In this document: positions 33,601 through 46,478 of the stretch, in pieces
How the letters are laid out: the number at the start of each line of letters is the position of its first letter
Position numbering within the stretch: the first letter of the stretch is position 1
Assembly: GCF_018977255.1 (NCBI RefSeq)
Contig: NW_024704743.1
Coordinates: forward strand, 98,892,001 to 98,956,000
From: Callorhinchus milii
Lineage: Eukaryota
Direction: 5' to 3'
DNA length: 64,000 nucleotides
Made by a program: the position numbers and the translations under genes
The notes under the pieces: model-generated
Databases searched by the model: none
Seen by the model: only the letters and a program-made list of their open reading frames with translations
Told to the model about the DNA's origin: nothing

Positions 33601-36168
33601 ATAATCCACGAAGAATTTGTCAGTGAGCTCAAAGTCCCAGGTTTTTGGATAACATGGTTATATTGAAGTTGTAGAAGATTGAAGAAAAGTGGTAACTTGA
33701 GAACATTTTAAACATCTGTCATTGTAAATTTGTGAAGGCTCCTGTGTAATTCCTTTCCCGGTTGACTGCTCTGTAACAGACTCTTCCCCAATGGGCAATA
33801 AGCTGACTCGGTTTGTTGCTTCTCCCTGTGGCACTCTATAAGAAGCCTTTGGGGCAGTGAGGGAATATTGGTGGGAAACAGCTGTGATTCACGGAGATCA
33901 CATTTTCTACAAAGGGTTACCTCAGGGATTCAAATAAGACAGTTGAGCTATCACAATGAAGAAAAAATCACCGAGTAACTCAATAGTAACATCCCAAATT
34001 GTGGTACGTTGAGTTATTGACTGAGGCAGAGAAATATTTGGTTAATGTGTTCCATTTGCAATATAAAAAGGACTTTAGTGCAATTGTACTTTATGTAGCA
34101 CAGATAGATGACCATAACAAATCAATCCAAAACAAACAATACCGATGAGATCATATAAATGATTTGTGTACCAGAAGTTTAATTGACTATTTTCATTTGA
34201 ACATTTATAGTTCATACTCCAAAAATGTTATCCTTTATAGGCAATATTCTTAGCGATTCAAGCACACTGCATTTGAATCAGTGACCAAATTTGTTCTAGA
34301 ATTTATAGCGCTTTGTTAAAATAATAATGTTAGATGAAAATATTGATGTCTAAGGATTTTGTTTGTCCAGCGATCATGCATACAATAATAATAATAGTTG
34401 CATATAATAATATATTGTACAGCAGCTATGAAGAGAATGACCAATGTTTTCCGGGAAAACTTTCACTTTATAAATAGTGCCATTTTTAACATGGCTCTTT
34501 AACATTCACCTGAACTAGAGACGGAACCTTACTTTAATGTCCCACCTGAAGGATTGTGCCTCCAACAATGCAGCACTCTCCCAGCCTAGAATTTGTGAGT
34601 TCAAAGTTGGACTTCAACCCACAACCTTCTGACTCGAGGCAAGAATGCTACCAAGTGAGCCAGTCTGAAATCAGCATTTGCGCCATTGAAAGGTTTTATT
34701 TGAGAGCTCAGCCCATCTCTACATCCACGTGCACATTTTGTGGCTAGAATCTCTGCATAGCCATGATGAGTGGAAACCCTAGCTTTTTTTAACCTGCGTC
34801 TATTTGGGGTAGGGGAAGAGCAATATTAGCACTCTGTCTTTGATCAACAAACTCAGGCGTGGATGGGGATTCATACCTGCACCTTGTGATCATTAGTTAA
34901 AGTGCTGGTGCTTTCCAACAAGGCCATTGGGAAAATGAAACTTTGTTTTGCAATTAAAATGCAAGTCATTCAAATCTGAGTTAAGAGAGCTTGTTAAGAG
35001 AGTTTTGTGAGTACAAAACCATAGTTTTCTTTATATTCTGAAGGCTGATGAAAAACATGAATAATGCTAATAAAAACAATGGTCAGCTGGGGCTCGCTAT
35101 TTATTTTACTAGGAAACTTGTACGTTGATGAATTTTCTGTGCCCCAAACATTAGCAAAGCTTTTATTTCATCAGTGGTTACTTTAAAAAAAACTGAATAG
35201 ATATCTTCTTGAGAAGAAAATTTGTAAGATAGGTGCAGCCCGAGATGAACAAATATTCCAAGTGACAAAAGCTGAGAAATGTTTTACTGTGGAGGAAAGG
35301 AGGCTGGGATTATATATTGGACGTGTGGGAATGGCTAAATATAGCCGTGACCTTGGGGTTCAGGGAGTCTCCATGTGAAAGCTTTCTCCAAGGACATAGG
35401 TTGGATGAGTTAAATTTATGATAAGGTTAGGTAGCCTGTGGGAGTAGTGGGCTAAATGGGATTAACTCGGTCCATTCTTACATTCTTAAAACTAGGTTTA
35501 TTTCTAAATGGGTTTAGAAATATGAACGTTCAAACACTATAGGTACTCTCTTTGAACTTGGTAGCAATAACAAATGGGGAATTTCAATTTGTAAATTACA
35601 GGTTTGTTAGGGAAGTGCTGTTCTGTTTGAACTGCTGCCCATTTTCTTCCCTTTTTATTTCCTGAAATTGAGCAAGACTGGTCAAATTGTGTGGTCTGGT
35701 CAAGAACTTGGCTACAGCAGAATAGTTGTAGAGAAATTCCTCCTGGGTCTAGATTTTCTTATTAATGTAGCATTTCAGAGCACTCAGACTTCAGAAAATT
35801 CTAAAAACAGCTTGAATTTTTAAATCAATTTTCTGTAAGTTCCTTGAATAAATACAGAAAACAACATGATTGTTGAGACTGAATTCAACATTCTGCTAAA
35901 TTTTGGATGTCTAAAATGCTACATAAATAGAGTAATTTTAGGTGGAATTTCTCTCCTGTGTGTGTGAAGGAGGATGCCCTTCATGCAATGATGAGCTGCA
36001 CATTATATCTGAGATCATAATTTATACAGCAGGTTACGGTAAGAGACAGGCATAGATGTTTTCATTGCTGCATTCAGAGATTCAGTCTTGTATTTCCGCA
36101 GCTTTGTTATTTTGTTGAAATTATTGGGCAAGTTAGTCAAATCTGACTATGGTCTCTATCCTCATTCC

Positions 36169-36169
<1 letters not shown>

Positions 36170-36199
<30 letters not shown>
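36170..36199 (+). repeat. C30 homopolymer
   Basis: Directly visible. Confidence 0.95.
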
Positions 36200-36200
<1 letters not shown>

Positions 36201-38619
36201 CAAAGAAAAAACTTTGGGTATAAAAAGTAACTCTTTAATGCTTTACTGGGTGATTTTTTAAAAATTGAAATTGTTGAATTTCATGCATTTTATTTTAATA
36301 AAGAAAAGGTAATATAGAGTATAATACATTAGAACATAAACTTGTACAACAGGACTGTGGTGTATAAGCCAGTAATTTTTTAAAAAAAAATACATAAGCA
36401 GACAACATTTGCACTCTTTCTTAAATTTAAGGGCAATACGAGCAAGATGCTGCAATCCAAATGATAGATTTTAAAACACTTGGGGAGGCTTGAGATATTT
36501 TTGATTAGATTATGGAAAGAGCCTCAAAAATGTGACTCACGAGAAACCAGTGGACTTTGCATTGGCTGTTTGTGGAAAGCATTGGGCAGCTGAGCATCTT
36601 GTTGTAGCGAGGCTTTGTTATTTTGAAGGTATCTAGAGAATCGAAAGTTGCTTCAAGCAACTCAGCAGCTGTGTGTGAAGTGACAGACATTCACAAGGCA
36701 GGTGTTTCTAAATTGGTGATATCTTTGGACAAGGAATGACAGACAGGATACAATAAGTGATGGTTTAAGTCAGTCCGGATATATCCAGCTAAGGTTCTGC
36801 AAAAGTATTGATTTAAATACTTGGATGATAAATTGGTTTAACAAATCAGATGGTCTTCTCATCCTCAGCTCATTTCCAGAGCTAATGCTATCCCCCCACC
36901 CCATTTTTCCCTGTGATAGAATGACAGAATATGGTTATCAGTCACCATTCCTTCGTTATTGCTCTCACTCTCTCCCCCTCTTCTCCCCCTCCTTTATTTG
37001 GATCACTGCAGGATCCAGACATGATGGAGCCATTTTCTCTTCACAACTGAGCCAAGTTTGAAAAAAAAGCCTCTTGGATTTTTAAGCTTTGACAGAACTT
37101 TGTAAATGCAATTCCTAAATTTTACTCAAGTATCTCCAAATCTCTCCAAAGAGATTGGAATCACAGAAGAAATCACAGTACAAAAGGCTGATAAATAATA
37201 CATCTTGTTAGGAGATTTTCAGTTTACAACTGGAGCATGAGCAACGAGAGCTTGAAGCAGTTGTGTCTCACGGTCATTGGTGAAGAAAGGAATTGCATTA
37301 ATAATCTTCCCAGAATAAGAAAGTGGTCATAAATCAACTTGAGACATGACAGACCCCAGTTTACTCAATCTCATCAAATGTATTTTTTAAAAAACAAGTC
37401 TGCATTATCAGTAGAACACTTTAAAACTGTCCCAGCTTTGAAATAGCCTTTATATCTATATCTATAGCCTCAGTTATGCAAATATTTCCTTTGAATGTTG
37501 CTAGGGAGCAGGAAATGCTGATTTAAGATTTTTTTTGGACAGGGAGGGTGATGCAACTAGAAACAGAGGCCATCTGTCCTGAGGGGATTGATTTCCTGTG
37601 AACAGGCTTTGTGGCTGGAGGACAATTGATGGTGTTTGTAGATAATACTGATCTTGATGATATTGCACAGCATCAATGCAAGAACCAGCAAAGATACCGT
37701 ATTATAAATAGAAACCATGGTCCCATTTCTAGGGATGATTCCCGAAAGAGAGCTTGACACCACTCTCAGCACTGCTCTTAATATTCAACTTGCAATTGTG
37801 TTTTTCTGTTAGCATTCAGCTGATGAATATTTGCTTGTCTTACTCCTTTCACGATCCTCCCCACCCCCTCCCCCACCATGATGCTGCTTGGTTGTAGCCC
37901 TTGGGTGCAGAGATGCCTGGGAAGTTTACATAGAGAGATCCATCCTGTTTGGCATGGACGATCAGGAATGAGGCTGGAATAGCCCATAGCTGTCATTCAG
38001 GTTTTGTTTCAAAGGCTCAGTGCCTGCTGGGAGGAACAAAAGGCGAGGAGGGAGGGAGAAGCTGGTTGTTCTAGGATCTGTATTCTGAGACTGCAACATT
38101 CAAAATGGTATTCTGACAAGTGAGTTTCTTTTTCTGTCTCTATTCTCTGGCCCGTTGCTATAGAAACCCTTTTATTTGGTCATTGTCGTTTTTTTATTGT
38201 GAACTAATTGCTTTTTTTGGGCAATTGATGGTTCTTAGTTTGAAAATTTAAAAAAAGATTTAAAGAAAATTTAACTGGCTTGTGCAAAACTAAATAGGAA
38301 ATAATCATTGCATTTAGTATACAGCGCCATTCACATTGGGAGGATCCCAAGTGCTTCCCACAATTCAAAACACTGATTTTAAGTGTCATTAAGTCCCACT
38401 GATTTTACTGGCCTAAATGTGTTTTTTGTGCTGAATTGGCAGGTAATTAACAGCAAATGTTGCACTGTAAATAGTAGTTATTTACACCAATCTTAGTCCA
38501 GCACCAAACAGCCTCAGTATCTTCTGCTCAACCATCAAAACAGTTAGCATTAAAAGAACACCCATGATTTCCGAGCTGCAAATTAATATGGGCTTATTAC
38601 TGAACTAATGTATTTCATG

Positions 38620-38741
38620 AAACAAAATGCAAAATACTGCAGATGCTGGAAATCTGAAAACAAAAACAGAAGTCGCTGGGAACACTCAGAAAGTCAGGCA
38701 ACATCTATGGAGAGAGGAAAGTGAGTTAACGGGACCTGAAA
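38620..38741 (-). mobile_element. Third PLE-derived element, core deleted; remnant of the opposite arm at about 39536-39558
   Basis: aaaatactgcagatgctggaaatctgaaaacaaaaacagaagtcgctggg... matches the family; gagtgttcccggcgacttct reappears after the L2 insertion. Confidence 0.7.
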
Positions 38742-38786
38742 CTATTTTATTGGAATCATTTGTTCAGAAACTTCACGCTGGCTCGG

Positions 38787-39536
38787 CGTTCTGTTCGACT
38801 CTGAGCTGTCCTTTCTTCCTCATATCTGCGCCACAACTGGCACCGCCTTCCATCACTTCCGAAACATCGCCAGACTACGGCACTACCTCACCCCTCACGC
38901 TGCTGAAACTCTGGTCCACGCCTTTGTCACCTCAAGGCTGGACTATGGGAACTCTCTCCTCGCCGGCCTTCCCGGCACCTCCCTCCACAAGCTGCAGGTC
39001 ATTCAGAACTCTGCAGCTCGTGTACTGTCCCGCACCAGGCTTCGCGACCACATCACTCCCACCCTCGCTCGCCTCCACTGGCTCCCCATCCCCCAGAGGA
39101 TCGAATTCAAGATCCTCATCCTCACCTACAAGGCCATTCACGGCCGTGCTCCCTCCTACCTCTCTGACCTACTATCCCCTTACTTACCTGCCCGTACCCT
39201 CCGTTCCTCTGGCTCCGATCTGCTCCACATCCCCCGCCCCAACCGCCCTACCATCAGTGGCCGGGCCTTCAGCCTCTCAGCCCCTAAGCTCTGGAACTCC
39301 ATCCCCCAGTGCCTTCGCCGCCTCCTCCCTTTCCTCCTTCAAGGCCGGTCTCAAGACCTTTCTCTTTGACTGTGCCTTCAGCTCCCCTCTCGACTCTCTA
39401 CCCCCTTCTCGTTCCCTCCCTTCCCTCACCCTGACCATTTCCCCCCTGCTCGGGTCCTGACCCAACTGTCCAGCGCCTTGGGACGTCCTCCCGACGTGAA
39501 AGGCGCTCTATAAATGGAATCTTGTTGTTGTTGTTG
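38787..39536 (+). mobile_element. Young L2 3' fragment, nearly identical to the 3' part of the 12303-14625 copy
   Basis: ORFs 38627-39460 and 12412-13356 share long identical stretches; (TTG)n tail at about 39522-39536. Confidence 0.95.
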
Positions 39537-40495
39537 AGTGTTCCCGGCGACTTCTTTTTATATATTTTATTTGATTGTCTGGAAGGTAGGTATTGATAAT
39601 AGATTGAGGACTTGGTGTAGTTGAGGTAGAGTTGGGATTTTCTTCAGATAATCCAAGATGTATGTTGGTGTAGTGGGAATGTGGGTCATCGCTGCACTTC
39701 CAGATTTATTTATAGAATCAGAGCAGACACTTACTTGGTAGGAATATAACTTTCATAAACAGATGAAAGACTGATATAAACAAGGTAATGTAGCTCTGTT
39801 GTCTCTGGAGATAGTTACACTCCTGCCGTAGGGCTATCTCAACTATCCCAAGATAGTAGGAAAATGGCTGAAACTTCTCTCTAGTCTCCTTCACTATTTG
39901 ACTTAAGACCAGCAGCCATGCCTGAGTCTGGTACCATCGCACAGACACAGCACAGAAGCATAAATAATTTTGTTTCTTATTTTATTTTGGCAACATCACA
40001 ATCTTGCGACCAGTAATAATTCCTCAAAAGAAGTTGGTCACTCAATGCATGATGGTTTGTGGGTCATTGCTGTGCACAATTAGCTGCTGTGTTTCACCCA
40101 CAAAATACACTGTCAATTCACTTTGCAATATATTCTGTGAAGTGCTTTAAGACATCTCAACGACGTGATATATCAAATGCAAAGATTATTACTATTACCA
40201 AATGGAGGAATGAGCACAAATTTTGGAGTGTTGAGACAAATTACCTTGATATGGAGGTGCCTGAAATCAGAAGCAAGAGTCCCAATTTTTCTAAACAAGG
40301 TAAAAGATACATCAGATTAGTGAGTGTCAGAGATTATTTCACATCAAAATTAAGTGTATGTGTTTTGGAATGGGGTCATGGTGCTGTCCTTATGGATTCA
40401 GTTTTGGGTAATCTGAAACATAAGGTTGCCTCAGTTGCTTTCTTGGCCAAAAAGATTGTGGGTTTATCCCCAAGTTAGGACTCCTAAGTATTATC

Positions 40496-40628
40496 AAAAC
40501 GCAAAATACTACAGATGCTGGAAATCTGAACCAAACCAGAAGTCACTGAGAACACTCAGTAGGTCAGGCAGCATCTATGGAGAAAGGAAAATGAGTCAAC
40601 GTTTCGGGTCCACGACCCTTCGTCAGTT
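40496..40628 (-). mobile_element. Second PLE-derived element (single arm) with a hammerhead motif, inserted in an old Deu-type SINE
   Basis: Same family as 8643-8872; 40593-40626 is identical to 8711-8744. Confidence 0.75.
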
Positions 40629-40914
40629 CAGTTTTTGCTCCTGAGTATAATTTCTGTGCTGACACTCCAATGCATTGCTGGTGAAGTACCGCATTGTCAA
40701 AGGTGCCACCCCTTGGATGACACGTTAAACTGAGATCTCATCTGCCTGTTTAGATGGATGTTAAAGATCCCATGGCATTGTTTAAAAAAAAATGGGAGTA
40801 TTTCCTGTCCAACAGTTATCAAATGCAAGGATTATTTTACAGGCCCTTGATAGTTGTGCTATGCCACTATGTTTGTGAGTATGTAAGCAGTACACATGTA
40901 TTTAATTTGAAAGT

Positions 40915-41232
40915 TACATAGGAGCATAAGAACAGGAGTATGCCATTCAGCCCCTCAAGTTCCGCCTTTCTATTAGAACATGGCTGTTTGTACCTCAACA
41001 CCAATTACTTGCCCTTGCCCAATATCCCTTGATAGCCCTACCTATCAAAAAACCCATCCATTTCAGTCTTGAAAATATGAATGGATCCAGCATCCACAGC
41101 CTTTTGGGGAGAGGGTTCCAGATTTTCACTACCCTTTATGTTAAAAATTTCACTCCTTAAATGGCCTAGTTCTAATTTTAAGATTATGCCCCCTTTTTCT
41201 AGATTCGCCCACCAGAGGAAATAGTTCTCTGT
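40915..41232 (-). mobile_element. CR1-clade LINE 3' end
   Basis: Reverse-complement homolog of 57535-57840. Confidence 0.82.
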
Positions 41233-42469
41233 AGGGAATGTGTGTGAACCAGCTCTGGAATCCTGCCTGGATGAGGAAAACTGTTTTCATTTTCTTTACA
41301 GAGCTTTTTTCTCAAATGTTGTACCTGATCCTTCAAAAACACATTGCTGCTTGTCTATCTTTGACTTGAGACTTAGATTTGAACTAGGTCACCATTGTGA
41401 CATGAGGGCAAAGGGCAGATGTTTGCAAGGGTGGAATTTAGTTGTTTAGTGATAAAAGCCAACCTCAATAAACATTGAGTGGACAATTAACTGCTTTTTA
41501 CAGACATTTGATTTTATCCGAGATACTGTTTAGTTTCTCTGAAGGCTGCAGGACTGGCCTCCGAGAGGAGTACTGTGTAAATGTAGCCTGAAGCCAGCTG
41601 ACTTGGTGATTTATTTCATTGTCTGTGGATACCTAATGTAAAACATAGATGAATCTGCCAGTAGTGCCAGAGAGACATCACCTGCTAGTAATTTCACTGC
41701 AAATCTTTAATGTAAAGAGAACACAAAGAGCATTTCAGGTCATTGTGGTTTAATGATTCACTTTCCTGTCCCCCGCCTTGTCCCCAAAATATGTAGCCTC
41801 CAGGATCAAGCAATATTCTTAGCTGTAAATCTTACACTTTTCAAGGCATTCACTTTTTTTAAAAAAAAGTACTTCAAAAATAGCTTCATTTGTTTTTCGC
41901 TTTTATATTTACGTGCATTGGCTATGATGGTTAGCAAGTTAGCAAGCTCTTCAACAATGATGGTTGGTTACAAGCTTCTGATTGCAAAACAATTAAAAAG
42001 CTTGTAGGGTTAGGAAAATGGGGACTTGCTCACATCATATGTTTTACCTTATGATTTACCACTATTGGGTGGACATTAACCATTATCTAATCGGACCAGG
42101 TTCTCTTGAGATTCTGCAATTTCATTTGGGAATGATATGATTTCTGTTTGTGCAGAGATGGTAATCTTTTGAAGAAACAATACCTTCTCTTTTCTCGTCC
42201 ACTCCCCAGGCTACAAAACTGTCCTCAAGCTAGAAATTAAAAATCTGTGCAGCACTAGGGACTAAAACATTTGACTCTTTTCTCTCCCCACCCCCATCCC
42301 TTACTCACAACATTTACTGTTAATTGCTGATATAATTCACTAGTAATTCCACTTCTCTGCTAAATGTAGACTGTTTTATTTTTTCCACAAATCTGTCTCC
42401 TCCACTGTTCTCTCCATATCCTGACTCCTTTTGATTAATTTGCTTCCCCTCTATTATACTAACGATAAT

Positions 42470-43508
42470 CAACAACAACCTGAATTTATATAGTGCTCTT
42501 CACATGGAGTAGCGTCCCTGAGTACTTGACAGTGGTGGAGTCTGATGACGAGCCAATGGGAGAGGGAGGGGGGAGGTGCGTAAGCATGATCAAAAAGGAA
42601 GGTCTTTAGGCAGGATTTGAAAGTGGGGAGGGAGGCAGCAAGGCGGAGGGATTGAGGGAGAGAGTTACAGAATTTTGGATTGTAGTGATTGAACGCACGG
42701 CCACCGACGGTAGAGCACAGAGGATGAGGTTCAAACAGGAGGCCAGAGCCAGCCGAGCAGAGGCAGCAGGTGGTGGAGTTGGGGGTACGCAAGTGCGATA
42801 GGTAGGGAGGTGCGAGGGCTTGAAGGGATTTGAAAACGAGTGAGAGCATCTTGAAATCGACCCGTTCGGTAATTGGGAGCCAGTGGAGCCTGGCAAGAAC
42901 TGGTGTGTTGGGGGTACGGAGGTTTGTGCGGATGAGTATCTGCGGTTGGTGTATGGCGGAGCTGGGGTGACCAGTGAGGAGAGCATTGAAATAGTCCAGC
43001 CGGGAAGTGACAAAGGGGTTGACGAGGGTTTCGGCTGCATTGGTTTTGAGGTACGGATGGAGGTGGGCAATGTGACGGATGTCGAAAAAAGCAGTCCTGG
43101 TCAGGGAACAGATATGTGGTAGAAAGGAAAGCTGGGGATCGAACTTGATGCCTAAATTGCACACGGGTTCAGTGAGTCTGAGGGATAGCCCGGGGAAGGT
43201 TGAGTTCAGACCCGCAGAAGGGAAGACGTTGACGGGAGCCAAAGAGCATGGTTTCTGTCTTGCCGACGTTCAGCTGCAGAAAATTTGCGCTCAACCAGGC
43301 CTTGATGTCTATCAAACAAGCTGACAGGACATCAGCATACTGGAAGTGGCAGCTGGTGGTGGAGAAGTAGATTTGGGTGTCATCCGCAGACATGTTGACC
43401 TCATATCTGGGGATGACATCGCCAAGAGGGAGCATGTAAATGAGGAAAAGACGGGAGCCAAGGATAGAACTTTGGGGTACCCCTCAAGTGACCCAGCGGG
43501 GGCAAGAG
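42470..43508 (-). mobile_element. L2 LINE fragment (RT C-terminal half to tail)
   Basis: SADDTQIYF, WLSANFLQLNVGKTE and LHWLPITERVDFK motifs. Confidence 0.93.
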
Positions 43509-43619
43509 GAATCCTTGCATTTGATATAGCGCCTTATCACATTGCTAAGACAAATCCGAGAGTTTAACAGAATATACTGTAAAGTGAATTGATTGTATAT
43601 TTTGTGTGCAAAACTATTG

Positions 43620-43915
43620 TGATATGGTAGCCCAGGCTCCAGTCTCCCTGTACTAACCTGCCTAAGTAGCCACTATTAATGAGTAAGCCTTGCCAGTGAG
43701 TGTTGGCAGGCATTTCTACTTTGGGAGCAATGCAAACGAGCCTGATCCTGTCCTTGCCTGACATCTAAACATGCTGAACTGCAGCAGGTGTTTTGGACGG
43801 TGATAAAGACCAGGAGGGAGTCTTAGCTGATTTTTTTTTCCCCCCCACCTCCCTCATCCAGCAGCGCAGAGGTCAATTTTAGCCCCCCAACTGCTGCCAC
43901 AGCTGAAAGAAGAGG
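43620..43915 (-). mobile_element. Ancient tRNA-SINE, possibly AmnSINE2-like (related pieces at about 22490-22625, 49085-49300, 50630-50795, 56225-56435)
   Basis: 43622-43780 aligns by eye with 22492-22622; the 49085-49300 copy ends in a minus-strand B box GGTCCCAGGTTCAAA. The family name is from memory. Confidence 0.55.
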
Positions 43916-44889
43916 ATTCAGACCCACAAGCTGACCTTGTGTTGCACCGAGCGATTCGGACAGCCTGTTTTTCAAACTGAATTTTCAGCCCTTCGCTGAA
44001 GCAGGAAACCTGACTTCCATCAACACATAATTAGTCTGATTAGTTATTCACTATTTACTCCCTTCATTAAAAAATTGTAAAAGTTAATTGAAACAATTTT
44101 GATTGAAATAACACGGTAGTTTAACTATTTACTCTGGCAGTTAATATACTCTAACCATTATACTTAGTATCTGTTGCATAAAATGTTCCAATCTCTATAA
44201 ATTTTAACAAAGCTATGGGGGTTAGTGATGCTCGTATCATTCTGGGAGTCTTTCTTGTTAAATTGTTGAACTACAAAAGTGTTGGACTGCTGTTGGGTCA
44301 CAATAGTTGTCACCTGCCTTTTGCAGGGCATGATTAATGAGCACACAGTGGGCCCCATAATTACAATGGGGAATGTGTTCAGGGATCCGAAGGTCATGGT
44401 CAGGGCTACTTTGTAATGACGAACTGCAGAGAAGTGACAATTACTGAGCTTGACAGACCTTTCTTATGATCCATTGCCATCATTTTTGCTAGTGTTGATG
44501 GGGTCCTCAGCACAGTTCAACCTCTTGTACACACAATGTAAAGTGGAGGCTCTGGCAAACTAAGCAGCAGTAGCAAGACTCGTTTGGTTGATCAGTACAG
44601 TCCTATCCGTTTATTTAGACATGTCAGCAACTGTTTGAATTTTGTCAACAAAAGTGGGATGTCACATAAATGTACGAACAACACAGATGCTTGCACTGCG
44701 GTTAAAAACTGCTGAAGCATTTAATTACTTGTATTTCATATATAATACTGTAGTTAGAATTGCTTTACCATTATTTACAACTATTTGATCTGCAATAATT
44801 ACAATTTCAGTACCATTTACCATATTTACATTCCTTAATTTATTTAAAATGTTTGCATCATATTTATCCTCCAGCCATCTCAAGTGTCC

Positions 44890-45590
44890 ATTTCATTCAT
44901 CGTGGTATAGCAATCGACTATGATCAGCACTCACCACACGACTATAGTAAAACTCGCATAATTCTTATCTTTATAAAACGCCTGAGTCGTACAATCACCA
45001 GAGGCTCATTGAGTTTCTTATCAAATCACTTGAATTTCTTTGCACGCGTAACAATTCCATAAGAAAATAATCTCCAACGCTGCTCTCCTATCCTCCACTG
45101 CCCTCACACTTAGTGGCTGCATTGACACTTACCGGCCGGCTGTATTGAATCATGCCACATGAGTAGAAGAACTTCAATTACCGTGATTCAATGAGATTCC
45201 AGTGCTTGTCAGTAAGTGCACATGCGGCGACGGTTCAAGGCTCGTTGTATCGCATAAACATAGGTTTGACTCGTCACCACATGCGTGCTTACCGTCTGTA
45301 TTGAATTACATATGCACAGTGTAGATTATTGATTAAATCGGATTTTATACGACTTATACAGTTTGCCTGTAACTCAGACTTCACGAAAGCCATATTAAAA
45401 GTTATGACCTTGATTGTTACAACGTATATGTGCGCTTTACTGTATAGGCCTAACAGGCTAACAGGCCTACTGCACTTACACGCAATCACGCACGTGCCAC
45501 ACTCAGTCAATCACTCACTCACTGACTCACGTGTCATAAGTGAGGATGAGGGCCTATCGATATGAGTGGTAAAAACATAATGCACTTAGT
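44890..45590 (-). mobile_element. CpG-undepleted element, possibly a non-autonomous Helentron/Helitron-type transposon
   Basis: About 30 CpG in about 700 bp of AT-rich DNA, (TGAG)n-like microsatellite near one end, internal hairpin and direct repeat. The classification is inference only. Confidence 0.35.
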
Positions 45591-46143
45591 ACTATTAGGG
45601 ACTTTGTTAGCATAAGGGTTCGGGATAATCTTGTAAATAAAAAATAAAAATGGAGTCCAAGGTTAGATTTGCAGTTAGATGGCCTCAGCCAAAGTGAACT
45701 TTGATTGATCTCCAGCTTCTATGTGATTGTGCCGTTTCATCTCAGATTAATGTACTTTCTGTTTGAATATAGGTTTTAATCTTTTAAAAGAGATAATACA
45801 GCATTTTCTCTTTCCTTGGCCTCTCCCTGGGGTATAAAACTGTCCTTCAAGCCTAAAGAAAACCTGCGCATCACCAGGGATTGATACTTTTACTGTAATA
45901 ATTTTTGACTGCACTGTAACAAGCCAGTTAGAAAGTATTCTTCATTGCAGGCTAGCACACACTGACCGCAGTGAATTTAGTACAATAGCAGGAAATAACT
46001 GGTAATGGCTATATGTATGAATGTTAGGTATGAACAGGATGAGTCTTGAGTGTGATGGTTCCAGGTCAAATACCCTGATGATAATCGCTGTACAGGCTCG
46101 CACATGACTAGTGGCACCATACTCAGCACGAAGCCTCACTACT

Positions 46144-46478
46144 ATAATAATAATAATAATAATAATCCTTGCATTTGATATAGCGCTTTTCACATCGGGA
46201 GGACGTCCCAAAGCGCTTCATAGAACACACTGTAAAGTGAATTGACTGTATATTTATGGGCGAATGCGGCAGCCAATTGCGCACAGCAATGTCCCACAAA
46301 CAGTCGTAGATTGAAAATGACCAATTTATTATTGTTTTTGGTTTTTGGAGGGATTATTATTAGGCTCTGTGTGGAGTAAGGAAACTTGCCCAAGGTTTCG
46401 CCCTGACCTGCCTGGAATTGAACTCAGGTCTCTCGCTTGCAAAGCGAGTGCTCTAACCACTGAGCTACAGGTCTCCAC
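46144..46478 (-). mobile_element. Full-length young tRNA-SINE
   Basis: Same head, core and tail as 898-1221, with a long (TAA)n tract. Confidence 0.92.

Noticed and set aside
44164..44613. Stop-interrupted minus-strand frame (MSK*TDRTVL...RDWNILCNRY) as a decayed transposase
   Set aside because: No motif I can recognise; it would need a TBLASTN or HMM hit.
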